64,000 nucleotides of DNA from Vicugna vicugna (lineage: Eukaryota): positions 3,912,508-3,976,507 of the forward strand of contig MU058584.1 of NCBI GenBank assembly GCA_013265495.1, written 5' to 3'. Positions within the stretch are counted from its first letter, which is position 1; each line of letters begins with the position of its first letter. Positions 48,322 to 63,427 of the stretch are shown here, one piece after another. The notes beneath the pieces were generated by a model, which made no database searches, had not been told where the DNA came from, and worked only from the letters and a program-made list of their open reading frames with translations. Position numbers and translations under genes: made by a program.

Positions 48322-50911
48322 ACTACATATTAAAATACATAATAATGATCAGAGTAGAGATCAGGGTGTGTCCAGGTTTGCAGGAACCAAAGTATCCTAC
48401 CTTTATAGCTGGAAGGTAATTGAGATACCGACTGTCTTAAACCCTTTACAGATGAAGCAGTGTTCTCACAGTGGTTTAGTGACTTGCCCAGTCTCTTAAC
48501 TGTTGAGTAATGGATGAGAACACAAGACTTCAGACTTTCTAGGCTCCTCCTCCCTGTGCCCCCATCTCTCCTTCTACCACATTGCTACTAGTCAGAGGAG
48601 ACTTAGTAGAAGGTGAGATTTTTAAGCTGAATTTAAAAGGGCGAAAATGATTTAGAGGAATGAGAAGACAGGGAAGAGCGTTGCAGGGAAGGTTGTGTTT
48701 AAGATTGTGCTGTATAGGTAAAGAATGAGGTATTTGTTTTATGTGCAGGGAGGCTGTTTGGAGGTTTTTGACGTAAGGAATCCTATGATAAGAGCGGTGT
48801 TCTAGGATTAACATGGTGATATGCAAGATGGATTGAAATAGGAAGGGAGAGCTTGGATCCACAGAAACCAGTATAAAAAACGGAGGTATGTGGTTTGTTG
48901 ACTAATTGCTTTAAGTGCTATAGAGATACAAACATTATAAGATAATTACTGGGCCTCAAGAGGCTTTCAATCTAATAATGATGTAATGAAATAGACAATC
49001 CATAATAAGGATGTTGAGAACATTGTTCAGTTACATCACACAGAATAAGGACCTTTGGGAGAAATTCTTGCCTGGTCTTTATAGGAAGAACTCTATTTCT
49101 GACTAGTGGTTTTGTTTTTAGTCTTTTGAACACTGAACTAATTAACTTTGTTTCCTTTTCAAATCAAAAACTACAGTATTTAGACCAAATTATTAACCTG
49201 AAAGTTTAGGCGGACAGTAATGGTATCCATTTTTCTAGCTTCATTTCCAGTTCCATTTTAGGTCCTTACCTTTGTTTTGTATTTCTTTTATTGCTCCATC
49301 TTTAAACTCCTACTATTTTGTGCTTTGTGTGGACTTCTTTATATCCTTTTGGGAGCAAGGCAGGTGTAAGTAAAAATCACTGTAGCCATGATACAATTAT
49401 AGTCTGTATTTTTATAATACCTTAAAATTTATGGCTGCACTCTCGATTTCATTAACTCATTTCCTCCTTTCAGGCAAGTATTATTTACCCATTTTATAGC
49501 TGAGTAAAATAAAGCCTAAATAAAGTGACTGTCCCAAGGTCATGTGCTTAGTAAGCACTAAGTGTGTTTGAGGAATAGCGAGACTTCCAGGTTAGCTATT
49601 CCTGAGGCTGCATATTGGCGAGTGATGGAAGGCTGGCTGGAACTCTTATGAAGAGCTCTGCATGCTGTACGTTGGTGGTGTAGGAGTTCAGATTTCACTT
49701 GCTTGGCAGTAAGGAATCATTGAATTTTTTTGTTCTGGACCAGGCCATGATCAAAGCCCTTAATTCAGAGTGTTTAGCAGCTAATTAGGGTCAAAAGGTT
49801 ACCAAGGTTTTGAGCTTAGATTATCAAAAGCAGTGCCATGAACAGAAAGAAGGGAAGTTGAAAGAGGGAGCCATTTGGCGGAATAGGCAATTAATTCAAT
49901 TTTAGACATGTCACTTGAGACATGATTGGGTGACTGTTCTGAGGTTACAAGTTTCTTGTGAAAATTGAAAAAGTTTTGCTGAATTAAAAGTGTGATAAAC
50001 GTATAAATATTAGGACTGAGATTTATGCTCATGCCGCTGTGTGTGTGTGGACTGAGCACTGTAAATTCTAGGCATCTCATTTTGGCTTTGGCACTGGCTT
50101 CTATAGTTGTTTCAGCAATAAGATGATGATAATACCAGTGTTAGAGGGATACTGTGGGGAGTAACAAATTGATAGCAGAAGCATTTTTAAAGTACTGTAA
50201 TAGTTTTTCTTACATGAGCACAAGAGTAAAATCAGCGATTTTATTACTTGTGCTGCTGCAGAGAAGAAGCCTTAGCGTTTAGATTGATTCTGTGGGGCGC
50301 CTTGCTGCAGGTTGTACATTTCCATGGGCAGCAAGCACCTCGGGAGAGGGCGGTACTCCCCTAGTAATCTTTGGAAAACTTTACAGTGGAGGTATTGCAT
50401 TGTAGCAAACATAAACTTGTCAGCTTCATTTCAGGGCATTCTGTTATCTTACCCCCACCCCTGCCAATGCATTCTTATCTTTTACTAGTTCCTTAAAGAG
50501 CATGACTCAACAATTCCACCAGGAAGTCCCCTTATAGGCCCACCACAAACACAGTGTTTCTTTTATCAGATTTTAATTTTTCAAAAAATCTCCCTACAAC
50601 TTTGTATTGAAGAGCTGTTCTAGGAGGGTGGCTATATTTTATTCTGATACGTGGGCTCTCCTCTTCTTTCCTGTTTCACAGTCCCGTCCCAGTTGGAGAC
50701 TTGCATGACCTGAAAGTAAACCCACTGTTTTGGTCAGGCTGGTGTTTGGGATGCTCTGTGAGAACCTTTACTCCCGAGCTCACACTGTCCTCTCCTTGAA
50801 ATGTCGTGGTGTGTGGTGTGGTGTCGGGAAAAGGGCACTGGGAGTTGGGATACTTAAGTTCTGGATCGCTGATTACCTGTAACTTTGGGACAAGTTACTT
50901 CACCACTGACT

Positions 50912-50974
50912 TTCTTCTTCTTCTCCTCCTTCTCCTCCTTCTCCTCCTTCTCCTCCTCCTTTTTTTTTTTTTTT
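50912..50974. repeat. (CTT/CTC)n polypyrimidine repeat with poly-T
   Basis: Seen directly in the sequence. Confidence 0.9.
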
Positions 50975-52144
50975 AAAAAAATAAGTAAGAGAGTTCTCAA
51001 GCAAAAGGCCAATGGGGTTCTTTTCAAAATGAATTTTAAGCAGAAGCTTAATGTTAAAACGGGAAGTGGAGCTGTTCTGAGTGGCACAGGGGCAGGGAGA
51101 GCTTCCTCCCTCTACATAAGGCACTTTCACAGGGTCCTTAGGACTCCTGCTGGGTGCACTGCTTGAAAAAGGTTATCTTTGTTTATCATACAGGACCTAC
51201 CTATCCACTGTTTTGTCTCCTCAAATAGCTGATCTCTCAAGCCTGTGTTTCTGTCCTACTTTGAATTTAGCACTTAATTTGTGTTCATTTAGCTAATTCA
51301 GCACTTCATTATACAGTCTTATTTTCTTCTGTAATTGAGTTATATAAGTAAATCTTGTCTCCTCCTAAGAGCCTTTGGAGCAGGAACACACTGCTAGGGA
51401 CAGAGTAGACATTTAGCAATTGATGTTTGATTGATTAAATTAGGGGTTCTCAATCTTTGTTGGAGTGAGAATCATCCATGGAACTTTTTCAGCATGGAAA
51501 GGCCCAGGGCCTACGTCCTGAGTTTCTAATAAAATAGAGATCTGGCCATCTATAGTTTAAAAAAGCTTTACAGATGTCTCGGTAGCACTGAATGATTACT
51601 TGTGTTTCAAGATTATTCCTTAGATTATCTTGAACTGTGGTTCAAGATATGTGCACCATAAAGGCTCCATAGTGGAAAGACAAACTGAGAACAAGAAACT
51701 TATATCCTTGTTCTGTCTGTAGCACTGTCTAGCTTTATGATGTAAACAAATCACTTCACTTTTCTGGCCCATTGGATCCTAAACTGGTAAATGGTATTTT
51801 ATTTTCATAGTTTGCTTTTCTTTTTAAGTTGTGGAATTCTTCAGAAGCATCCTTTTGAGTGAAGACACAGTAAACACAACAGATGATTTGAGTAGCTTGG
51901 CTTTCTTCTGAATACTGTTTTTATAGACATATTGAGTACAGAACATGACAGGCTTGAGCCTAGCTTAGCAACAAAGCTAAAGAGATGGGGGGGGTCTGAA
52001 AAGGTGGTATTTAGGTTTTGAACTTGAAACATCTTACTAGAGTATGAGTGAACGAGGACAGTAAGCTTATCAGGAGCTGTAATAGTTCTCACTGTGAGCA
52101 TGAACTGGATTATAATTAAGCCTCCTGACTGGTCCTTCTGCACT

Positions 52145-52690
52145 TGTTTAATTCAGTAAGTATGGAGCTTCTTCTTTTCCTGCCATGCACCCAGCACTGG
52201 AGAAAGAGTAGTGAGTAAGTCAGGTACTGTCTGTCCTTTCAAAGCTTACAGTCTGTTGGACAAATCATATGTTAAGTGACACTATTCATAGTTAATTGAA
52301 TAAAATATGGGAGATCAGAATACTCTGAATAAGGTAGGGGCATAAGCATACGACACCCAATCTGGACAAGACGGTTTAGGAAGGGCTTCCTGAGGAAGCC
52401 GTGTTTACACTGAAACATGAAGAGTGACTGCAGGTTGATCACTTTAAGGCTGGGAGTAGGAAGTGGGGTTGAAAATGTTCTAAGCAGAGAGAGAGTATTT
52501 ACATAATTCTTGAAACCAGTGAAAACGCAGGACTTTCAAGGAACAGAAGTTTGGCCTGGCTGGTCCAGAAAGAGTAAGATTTAGCTGAAAAGCTGAAGAT
52601 GATTTCCAAATTATAAGGCTGTTTTCATGATCTTGGTCCTTTTTAGTGACCAATACACAGGCAAAATTTGTGGAAGACGTTCTATACCAT
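52145..52690 (-). mobile_element. LINE-2 3' fragment
   Basis: TTTAATTCAGTAAGTATGGAGC...CCCAGCACTGGAGA...AGGAAGGGCTTCCTGAGGAAG. Confidence 0.6.
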
Positions 52691-55600
52691 CTAACAAACG
52701 TATTCATTTCTAGTGATAATAACAAATACTTTACTTTTACCACGTCTTTGTGCCAGTGCATTTTTTGGCTTTGTGTGCATTTTCATACTGATCTTCACAA
52801 TGCTCCATGAAGTGTGTGCAGCTGTCCTCATTTTTCAGGTGAGAAATCTGCAGTGTAAAGAGGCTAAGTGGCACACATAGGTCTCTGACCTATTTTGGCT
52901 ACGGCAGCATGCAGTTAGGAGCATTATTAGGCTCTTAACCATTAACTTCTGCTTCAGGTTAAGTTGAATGGCAAACTGTTTAGCAGCTCTTATTTCTGAG
53001 TTTATCCTTATTGCTCTTTTGCAGTTTCCAGTTCCAGATCGAATGGTCTAGAATCAACGGTGCTCTCACCTCTATCTTGCAATTTGGAGAGATGGACAGT
53101 GGATTACCAGATCTGATGTTAACCTAGCTTTCAGGCGTCTCCAGTTATTGATTATAAAAATATTTTGAAGCTGGTTCTGTGTAGATTGTTGATCCTGGTA
53201 ACCCATAAATCCTGAACATTTTGTATTTTTGTTAAGAATTGTATCTTAAACTGAAACTATTTGCAGATATTAACATCCAGGTAATTTTCATTTGGGATAT
53301 CATTTATGTATTTTGGTGATCCAATTAGCTAGACAGGAAATTAGGGCTTAGTATGGTTACATATTATTTTGATTAACATGTGTTTAAAATATTTTAATGT
53401 CTCTCAGATGAGTTGTGGCTTAAAATTGATACATATACAGGCAAGTACCATGGATTTGTTTACCACTCTCCTTCTCCTCACCGAGTTGTTATTAGACCGG
53501 AGGTGTAGCTTCCAGTTGAAGAAACATGACAGTTGATTATTGTGTCTGAGGAGAAGTCAGTCATTTAATGATGTTGGTGTTCCCAGTCATATATACCTGG
53601 TTTAATCCTGTCTGGTATCCCTTGTTTATTGTTACGCTGTTTGTGTCTGAAACATTTTTCTTTGCACTGCCGTGCTGAGGTGCACCCCTCCTTTCCCCCC
53701 TGAGTGCTTCTTCACGCAGTCAGCCAAGAATGCTGTTTTGGCAGACTGTAATATATATTCACTCATATGCCAATCACAGTTAGAAAGGAATTGGTGAAAA
53801 TCCTCTGATGTTAGGAGAGACATTGTAAACATGACGAAAGCCTGAGAAGACAAATTAACAATTTTATGAGTATTGCTGGAAGAAATCATGGTGTGATTTC
53901 AGAGGATTAGGCTATAGTGTCAGAGCCGTTGCCAGCTCATGAATCTGGAATCACATCTTAATAGTTCTATCCTGCTGTAAAAACCAGTGTGGCGCTGGTT
54001 CAGTGGTTGAGGCCCCTCTCCTGGAACGCGCTCCTGTGTGTTTGCAGACCCATGTGCCCCCAGGTGCACAGTGCATCCACATGTGCGCTCACACCCCAGG
54101 TGTGCCTGCCACCTCGTGGATGTGCACATAATTAAAAAAGCAATCCGTGTACATTCTGCCTTTTTTCTTTTGTATGTCTCCCTAATCTTTAGGACCTACC
54201 CAGATAAATAAACAGTCTTTTTTTATTTGCCAGGTACAACCTCTGCGTCATTTCAAGGCTAACTTTTTGTTTTATTTTAAGATCTTTGAACTTTATTTAG
54301 TTGAATGACTTCTAGTGGCATTAAAAAACAAATGATAAGTAATTGCCTAATTACTACTCAGGGTAGCTGTAGCTGATCAAGGGTGAGTTATCTTGGGTTA
54401 ATCAGAGAGGCCCAGGGAAGTCAGTGGAGGGACAGTTTTTACCTTGTCTTGAAAAACTGGAAAATATCAACATGTCTGCAGGTTTCAGTCCTTCAGAGAC
54501 TAACATAACCTCCCTTTCTACCTACTGATTTTTCACAAATATTTTTCCACATCTTACCTTTTTAATGATTGCACATTATTTGATTGTATTGATGGACCAG
54601 CCTATTTACTTGTTCCTTTTTGATGTATGTTAAATTTTTTCCATGTTATGTTATAAGCATCGATTTACAGTGTTTTATTTTTTTAAAGATAAATTCTTTG
54701 GAATAGACTATAGCACTAAAAAATGACAAGCTTAAAAATTTTGCTCATATTGTCAGATTGCCCTTGAGAGAGGTACCAGTTTATATTTTGGTCTGTGGTA
54801 TATATTTACAATGTGTAAGCATATCAATTTCCCCATGGTCTCTTTTAAATTTTTGATATGTTGATAGAGGAAAGATACCTCATTGTTCTAATTTTCATAT
54901 TTTCGCTCTAAGTTGAACATCTTACTAGAGTTTTATTTCTCTTTCTGTATACTTATCAAATATAATGTAAGACAGTGGTTTCTTTCTCTTGTTCTATTGC
55001 ATAGTTCTGGCCTTTCAAAATAGTTGTGGCTTTCCTGAAAATGTACAACTTCTTGAGTATTCTCTTTCCATGAGTAGCCCCCTCCAACCTGACTAATTCC
55101 CGTACCTCTTTTGAGAAGCAGTTTAGGGATGAGAGTAGAGCTGGGGTCACACCCTGGGAACTCTTAAATATTCCTTCCGCCTCTCCCATTTCCCCCCAAA
55201 CATGCACAGAGTCTCAAAGACACCTCACTGCTGTTTCTGTAGATCCTATTTGGGCGTCTAAGTTATCACTTTTAATTATTGGTTAACTTGTTTCTCTTTT
55301 TCAGAATAGCTTAAGCTCTGTGTGGTCAGGGACTACATTTTATCCCTGACATTTAGCACATACTTGCTGTGTATCTGGTACTCAACAAGTGTTTATTGAA
55401 TGATTTTTTGATTCTCAGATTTTTTTTCTGGCAGTGTACCTCCAGTGGCAGAGGAGAATGTACTTGTATCCTAAGAGAGCCTGGGGCTGTAGCACAAAAT
55501 GAACAACTGTAGTGGCCCATGTAATTTAAAATTATTGACTGAATTCTTTATTGTCTTTCATAATATATTGGTGTTTGTTTTATATATCAAATATTTAAAA

Positions 55601-58600
55601 TTATTCAGCTTTGAGTAGAACTTACTTTCCAGGAAGATACAGCTTTTTTATCCCATGACTTTGAGTGCTCTCCCAGAGATGTGCTCTAGGAAGCACATCT
55701 GAAGTGAAGGGAGCACCAGCTCTGGAACCAGACAGAAGTGGATTTGAATCCTGGTTTTGCCGCTTACTGACTGTGGGCTGGTGGGTTAGTTATTTAGCCT
55801 CTTTATAGTGCTTTCCACAGTAATCTGTTTTATTTAACAGGTTTATTCATAGCAGGTGTTTATTGAATGCCTACAGTTTGCAAGGCACTGTGCTGTTTTT
55901 CCCAGGTTGTGATTTTAACAGTCATGTGTTTGCCTTCATGGAGCATCCCATGAGCCGGGGTGCTCTTCCTTGTGACTGTTACACACTTGCCCTTCTTCTC
56001 CTGGGTTGGTAACTAATTTCCTGTCCACCTAGCAGTGCTTCAGGGACAACCAAATTTAACTTATCTGGAACCAACTGGTGTGCAGATTAACCAGCTGAAA
56101 CCAGTTTAAAAGAAATAGTGCATTTCTGAAAGACTAAGAAATGACCAGCAAAAACGTGTACATATATTCTGTGTGTTCTCTTACTGACCCCTGCCTGGTG
56201 ACCAAGAAGTGCTAAGTGAGTGTACCCCCTTGGTAGTTAGACGCTTTACTTGCAGCCCCCTAATCCGTAGTTCATTCGTAGAGAGGGGTTAGCTGCAGGT
56301 TTGCTGTGGCACTGTGGTCCTGGAGAGCAGAGCCCTACTTTGCCCTTGTACAGAAATGCTTCTCTTAGCAGAGGAGGACTGGAGTGAGCCTAATTTTTTA
56401 CTCTGTCTTCTCTTAAGACATTTTAATTTTTTAATCAAATATTTAGGAGGGGAGGAGTGAAGGAGGAATGGAAAGATGATGCAGGTCGGGTAGCTTGGGA
56501 GCTCACTACCTGCAAACTTGGAACTGACAGTACTCAACCTAAAATCATTTCTGTGGTGGATTGAACTGGGATCTAACCTCCCAGCAAGCTTGGGGTTTTC
56601 TGGGACATGGGGAGCAGGGATTTTCAGGAATCTGACAAAAGGAGGAAGGTAATTTAACTTCTGAGTAGAGACAGCTCAACAATGTTATATGTGAACCCCG
56701 GTTGACATACAGCAGTGACAGCATTTTAAAGTCCCTTGGTGGCTAGGAAAGATGACGGTGACCTTGAAGGAAAGAGGCTATCTAGCAAAAACATGATCAT
56801 GCATGTTGTGGACCTTAAGCACTTTCCTAGACTATGCCAGCTTATTAGGAAGCTGAGAATCAGTAGACTTAGATTGTTGCAATGCATAGGCGTTTTCCTA
56901 ATATTGGGGGGTGGGGAAAAAGCTCAGATAAGAAACAGGTTATAGTAATAGTCTGTTGGTTTTTCCAGGTAGTACCCTTTTGGACATTTTTATCAAGTAA
57001 TTTTTATGTTTTCTTTATCAATTGTGACTGTGTTTTTTTGTTGTTCTGTTTTTTGTTTGTTTGTTTGTTTGTTTTTACTATTTTGAGTGCTACCTCTGGA
57101 ATAATAAATATTTCTAAATATTGTATGCAACTTTAACCATACAGTAAGGATACAGTAAGGGTAAGTTTACACAAAATCATTCAGCTACCATTTGTCTAAT
57201 TTCTATAAATAATAAAATTATTTTGAGATATTCTCTGGTCTTTCTTCTGCTCCCCTTCTTAATTTTCCTTTCCTCTTTTCTCAGTTACCTAAGAGTTGGC
57301 TGGTTTTTATTTTTTAAATCTATATATCATATTCTTATAATCCTTCCTCTCCCTTCTCATGTGACTTTTTTTCCTAACGCATTACATTTAAAAAGAAAAT
57401 TTTCCTTATGATGCATTAATGCAGACTTTGTCCATTGGTTTCATTTTGTCCACTCCAAAATTGGGGTGGTTTATAGAGATTCAGAAACTATATAGCAAGA
57501 AATGCAAAATAGAGATGTAAAATAAAATCAAAGTCCTAATATAAAAATCTAGTATTTGCTTTCATTGGGACACAAGTATTTAAACTTCATTGTAGATGGT
57601 GCAAAAAAGAAACCTAGTCAGTTTAGGTCCATAACTTTTCAAAGTAAACAAATTTTTGTTTTAAGAAAAGCACAATTCCTAATACTTAGATCAGAAGGAA
57701 ATTTCTCTTTGGAAGCCTTATAAACAGGACCCCGAGCAATGCAATGGAATGAGCAGTGGTTTCACAATAGTCCTACTGTGGACACACCAACAAACTGCAT
57801 AAAGCCCCTCCGTAGGCCAGATGCATCATACTGGAGCATCTTCAGTAACAGCGCTTACACGATGAGGGGATGAGGATGATTCAAAACATTGTGGCTTAAA
57901 AGGGGAAGAGAGTTTGGAATAATTAGAAGGATGGAGATACTGCATATTCTTTAGGCAGTCTTTCATAAATATTCTTTCTCTCAACTTTTTATGGATTATA
58001 AGCTCTGTGAGGACAGGAAGGGTATTTGTTTTGTTCATATTACTAATAGACTTACTGCCACAGTGCAGGCTATTAAGAAGTCTTTTCAGAATAAATAAGC
58101 ACTGGGTTTGAGCTTGTATTTTTTGGTGCTTATCATTACAAGTAGAGAGAACATGGTCTTGTTCAGGTAGATGTCGTTTACTCAGGCAGCACCTCAAAGG
58201 GCTCATTGGCAAGCCTGGTTCTCAGAAACTTGATTTCGTTACCGTACTTGTGGGTAATTGAGTTCAAGGAAACTGACGCTTGCTAACCAAATACAGGATA
58301 GACAGAAATAGAAACAATGCCTGTTTGTGTTAACCTGTAAGTCTATTGGAGAAATATAATTGCGAAGTAGACTCAAACTCTTGGCCATTCAGCAATACAC
58401 GATCTCACTTTAAGAGAAGTCAGATTATTATCAGAAGAGTTGCTTAGTGACTCTTTTGGTCAAGGCCAAGGAAATTAATCACTTATGCTAATGACTGGGA
58501 TGCAGATTCTCTGCTGGTTAGGGTTTATTTTGCCCTGAACAGTGCTGGAAATTTTTGTTCTCTAGGTTTCCTGTTCCTATTCTTAATTTAGCAACACTAT

Positions 58601-59119
58601 CCTCTAAAAACATTGTTCTCCACTGACCGAAAGAGAACACTAAGTTAAACAGTCTACTTAAAATCTGTTTTTAAATAAGGCGAAAAGGTTGAAATTCGAT
58701 ACCTGAATTGTTTGTGAATCTCAACTGTCTATGTTGTTATTGTTTGCTATTGTGTAAAGGCATAGTTAACTCCTGGTTGTAATAAATTGATGCTTATCTT
58801 GTGACGTTTTCAGTGATTTGCCAGAGTAAAGGACATATCTAAAAGTGCTGTCCATAGGCAACAACTAGGGTAGTAGTTTTAGTGCATACTGCAGGTTGTA
58901 CGTACACAAACTGCTCTGGTGACTTAATAGTTGTATTTTGGCATTGTAGTCAAATTTGAGACTCTCATCTCACCTTTCTCTTTTATATTAAATCTAGCAG
59001 TTGCTGGGAATGCTTGAAGCAGAATACATAGCGCCTTGAAGAACAATAAGCTTTGAAAAGTGATCACTTTAATGCAGGCATGAAAATTTCCTGTTAGCAT
59101 TAAACTAGAATGTAGGAGC

Positions 59120-59600
59120 CTGCAGTGATTGAAACTAACATTAGGTAGAGGGCCAGGTGGTAGGTATTAGGACAGCTGGTTGTCCATTTGAGGGGGAAAA
59201 AAACTGTATGTCACGATCGTACCTTTTGCCAGCGTGAAAATGAATTCTGGAGAGGTTAAAGATTTGAATGTTCAAATTGAAACTCAGAAAAGTACTTGAA
59301 CAAAAGTAGGAATAATTTTTATCTAGTTTTAAGCACGGAAAAGCTTTTTGACACGACGTACAACTCAGATGCCATACAATGAAAAGATGGATAGATTCTA
59401 ACTATGTAAAATATTTAAGGTTCTTCCTGCCAAAAGATTCTACAAATATAATTAAATTGTATAGGAGAAAATATTAGTAGCTTAGCCTATAGGAAAGAGT
59501 TAATTTTTCTTACTGTGTAAGTCCTCTTAAGCATCAATAATCAAGGACAGATACCCCAGTAGAAAAATGATCAATGTAAATGAATAGGTAATTCATTTAG
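59120..59600 (+). mobile_element. Ancient LINE-1 ORF2 fragment
   Basis: AAAATGAATTCTGGAGAGGTTAAAGATTTGAATG...AAAAGATGGATAGATTCTAACTATGTAAAA. Confidence 0.5.
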
Positions 59601-60929
59601 AATAGGGATCTAAACATATGAACCCTGATTAAGAGCCTTAGCTGTATAAAGACAGACCCTTCTTCAGGTCAGTTATAAAGAAACAGAAGAATGAATTGGA
59701 AAATGTGTGCTTTTGGTAGGGTAGTTGGGAAATTAACATGTTAGGGAAAAAGTTGAAATGAATATTGGCTATGATTTAAAGGTAATTTAGAAATGTTGAT
59801 ATATATACATATATATATATATATTTAAAATCGTGAAATAGTTGAATAGAGAAGGGATTCCCGCTATTCCTGATTTAGTATGGAGAACAGCAGATTAATG
59901 ATTCGAGTTTATGCCTCACCTAAGCTTATGTAGTAATTGTTAATTTGTTCCAAGTTATGTGTCTCATAAATAATTGAAAGTTGAGTATTGTCTCTTTTTT
60001 TTTTCTTTCTGGTGCCTCCTGCACAGACATCTTTAGTAAGTGCTCCCAGAGTCCTGATGAAGGTCCTTTTTTGCAATGGTTTTGAAACCCTTCCCCAGTA
60101 GAGTTTTTCAGTGTTATGTTTATGGGAATATCCTTTCTGATTCAGAACTCAGTTTCTGGAACTTTTGCTTTAGGGACTCCTTGTTGTGTAATGAAATTGT
60201 GACCCAGGGGCTAGCAGTTGACCTCTCCCCCTCCTTTCCTGTTCTACTCATCTGCCTCTCATTGGCCAGTGTAAAACAATAACCTTAGCAGAACAGTCTC
60301 TTCCATTATAGCTCATTTGTCTTCTTATAGGCATGACTCCAAATGGTCTGTAGAATCCTTCTTCTAATGCCAGGTGAAATAACTAAATATTTTATTTAAA
60401 AAGAAGGAATCTGAAATCTCCTTGCTTTTAGCTACTGCTGGGCTGTAAACATTGCAAAAAGATGTCAACAAAAAGTTACTTAAGCAAATGAAGTGATGCT
60501 GTTACAAGAATTTGAAAGCAAAATTTGCTGTGAATCAGTAAGCTGACAGCATGGTTTGTTGGTTGAGCTGAAAAATTAACAGGCAACCTCTGTTGGCAGT
60601 ATTAGCTTGAGATGGAATGGTTCTGTGTACTATAAAATAACAAGTTATCAACTTTTTTTTGGCCCTTGTGACAGGCACTATGCTAAGTCTTTTGCATGAA
60701 TTAGCTCACTGAATCCTCACATCAACGCTATGGTATAGGTATTGTTGTATCTCTCTTTTGTAGATGTGGAAATTAAAGTGCAGGAAAATTATAATTTTCC
60801 AAAGTTAACATCCTTGGGAAGTGGTGGACTTAGTTTAAAATATGATTAAGTTTTGGAAGAAGATAATGGGCAGGGGGTATAGCTGCTGGGGAGGGGGGAA
60901 TGGAAATGGGCCTCAGTGGAGGGATTTAC

Positions 60930-61392
60930 CTTGGATGAGAAGGTGTAAAGAACAGCTGTGTTTTTGCTTGGAGGGACTCCTTCCCCACGTTCAGTCCATG
61001 CCTAATGTACTAACTGGTCCGGCATTCAGGATTGTGTTCCTCCAGTCAGGTGGTTGGTTCAAGGTGGGCAGTTTCTCGAGTGAAGCCAGTTACAGCTTTT
61101 ATCTTTGCTTGAGCTAAGGAGGATGCCTCCTGCCACTCAAACCTAGGCTGTCAAGAGGCAGGAGTGGCTACACTACTCTGGCCACTGTGTGAAGCCCAAG
61201 AAGGCAGTCAGAATAAGCAGAGAGAAAAATCAGGTCTTGAAGATTTTGATTCAGTGTCTATAATGTGCTCTACTTTACTTCTGTTTCAGTTCCTTGAGCC
61301 AATTAAAACCCTTCCCCCTATTTTCTTTAACTTACCTCAGTCTGTATTAGGGTTCTTGTCCCTTGAAATTGATAGAGTCCTAACTGATAGAG
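60930..61392 (+). mobile_element. Old ERVL/MaLR LTR (LTR33/LTR16/MLT1-like)
   Basis: 3' terminus TGAGCCAATTAAA...GGGTTCTTGTCCCTTGAAA...AGAGTCCTAACTGATA. Confidence 0.5.
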
Positions 61393-61402
61393 AAATTATA
61401 TG

Positions 61403-61404
<2 letters not shown>

Positions 61405-61437
<33 letters not shown>
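61405..61437. repeat. (CA)n microsatellite
   Basis: Seen directly in the sequence. Confidence 0.95.
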
Positions 61438-61439
<2 letters not shown>

Positions 61440-62679
61440 TTTTTTTTTTTTGGCTGAGGCAGGAGAACAGATGGTGGAGATAACATGAATTTTTAGATGA
61501 AGAACTGGTGAGGATATTCACACCAAATAACCTTGTGTTCCTAAGTTATTTGAAAACAGAAGTTAAGTGACTTGCAAGCATCTGATAGGTGATAGCTGAG
61601 ACTAGGATACAGATCGTGGACTTCAATTCAGTGCTCTTTATACTGTGTTATGTCACTTATGCAAACAGAAAAGGTAAGAAATGGTGGTCTTTGGATGAGC
61701 TGCCTGTGGATAAAAACAAAAATGTGTTTTATCTGTTTATTTATTTTTTCGTTATTGTATTTGAAGAACTCTTTAGGATAGAGCAGTACAATGACTTTCC
61801 TGGTGCGAAGAGCCTCAGTGAATATCTGTTGATATATTTGGGTCTGGGTACGCTGGTTATAGCTACACAAATCTTTATTTTGAGGCAGTCATAATTTTGA
61901 GTTGCTTCAGGGAGAGAGGTGCTTATAAAGCAGTAAAATCCTGTTTGAATGTAGCGGTCTCTTTTCACTGCCTGGATGTGCTTGTGGAAAATGTCTCCCT
62001 AGAACCTTTAATTTTGTTCCTAAATTTATAACAGAGCCACTTCTTGATGCTGTCTGTTGCCCAAGGTACTTCTGGGGATCAGATTGTTATTAAGTTGGGT
62101 AGGTGAGTCCTGCAGGGAACCGTTTATTGTTTTGTACAAGAATAGGTGGTGCTGAGGCATCATGTCTCATTTTGGGCATCAAATGGTCTCTTACTTTAAA
62201 ATCTGACACTGGCACTGCTTTTTCTTTGATTTAAACAGAAAATCAGCAAATGCTCATTGAGCATGAGAAAGATATCATTAAAACAACTTCTTTTAAGGCA
62301 TTGGCTCTATTTTACTCTGGAAAATAAGAACGAGAAAGAGCACTACAGTAACATTAAGTATACCTATGTCCAAATGATGAGAAGTGGATGGCATTTTGGC
62401 CTAATGTCAATTACTGTAATTCTTTCTCCTGGAAAGAATAGCTTTCTTTTGAGCTCCAGTATCGATTTTCAGTTGAAAATGTTAGAAATATACAGGGCTG
62501 AAAATACATTGTAGCTTCAAATCTAAAGAAATTTGCTGAGAAGTGAAATAAAGGCTTTATTAAACACTATTTGAGGCAGAAGAGGCAGAGAAAATGGAAA
62601 ACATAGACTGTAAATGATTGGCATTGTAGGAGATAGTAAGGGATCTATTCAGACAAGACTTTGCCACCTCGTGTAATGA

Positions 62680-62915
62680 TAATGGCCAACATTTATTAAG
62701 TACTGATGGTGTGCCAGTGTGCTTAACTCTTATCTTAATAATACTCAAGAGTCTTCAAGACAGGTGGTATTTCTAACCCCCATTTTACAGAAGAGGAATC
62801 TTGAGATTTAGGTTCATGACTTGTCCGAGGTTTCACAGCTAAGCTATAGGTGTCAGAGCTGAGATTTGAACACAGGCAAACTGATTCTCATGACCCACTT
62901 TTAACCAATATGCTC
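62680..62915 (-). mobile_element. MIR SINE
   Basis: AACATTTATTAAG...CCCCATTTTACAGAAGAGGAA...TGACTTGTCCGAGGTTTCACAGCT...GATTTGAAC. Confidence 0.75.
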
Positions 62916-63427
62916 TGCTACCTCTGGTTGTGTTGTGACTCCAGAAGTGACCACAGGTACAATTTTACCTCATTTGTTGCTATTTCTCATACCTTGGGTG
63001 CATCTCCATCTTTTTTGGGAGGTGACCTAGGGGATATGAATCAGCAACCCCCCCCATTCCCTTCATATTGCTTCCTTTTGTGAATGTGCTGCACTGTGTG
63101 GGATTCTTGGGCATTTTTTGACAACCTGGTCATTATCTGTCTCAATCCTTTATTTCCTTTGTAGCACTTAGTATAAATTGCGAAGACTTGTATAATTTTA
63201 ATTATTTCTTTGTTTACTTTTTTGTTTCTTTTCTTCCTCACTAATAGTAGTATCCAGTGTTTATTGAGCTTTTCTTAATGGCCAGGTGTGTTCTGTATGT
63301 ATTAGTTTTATTACTTCTAACTACAGCTCTTTCAGGTAGATACAAATGAGGACACTAAAGCGTAGAGAGTTTAAGAACTTGCCTAAATTTACGCAGCATT
63401 TAACATCTAGAGCTGTTGGTCTTAATT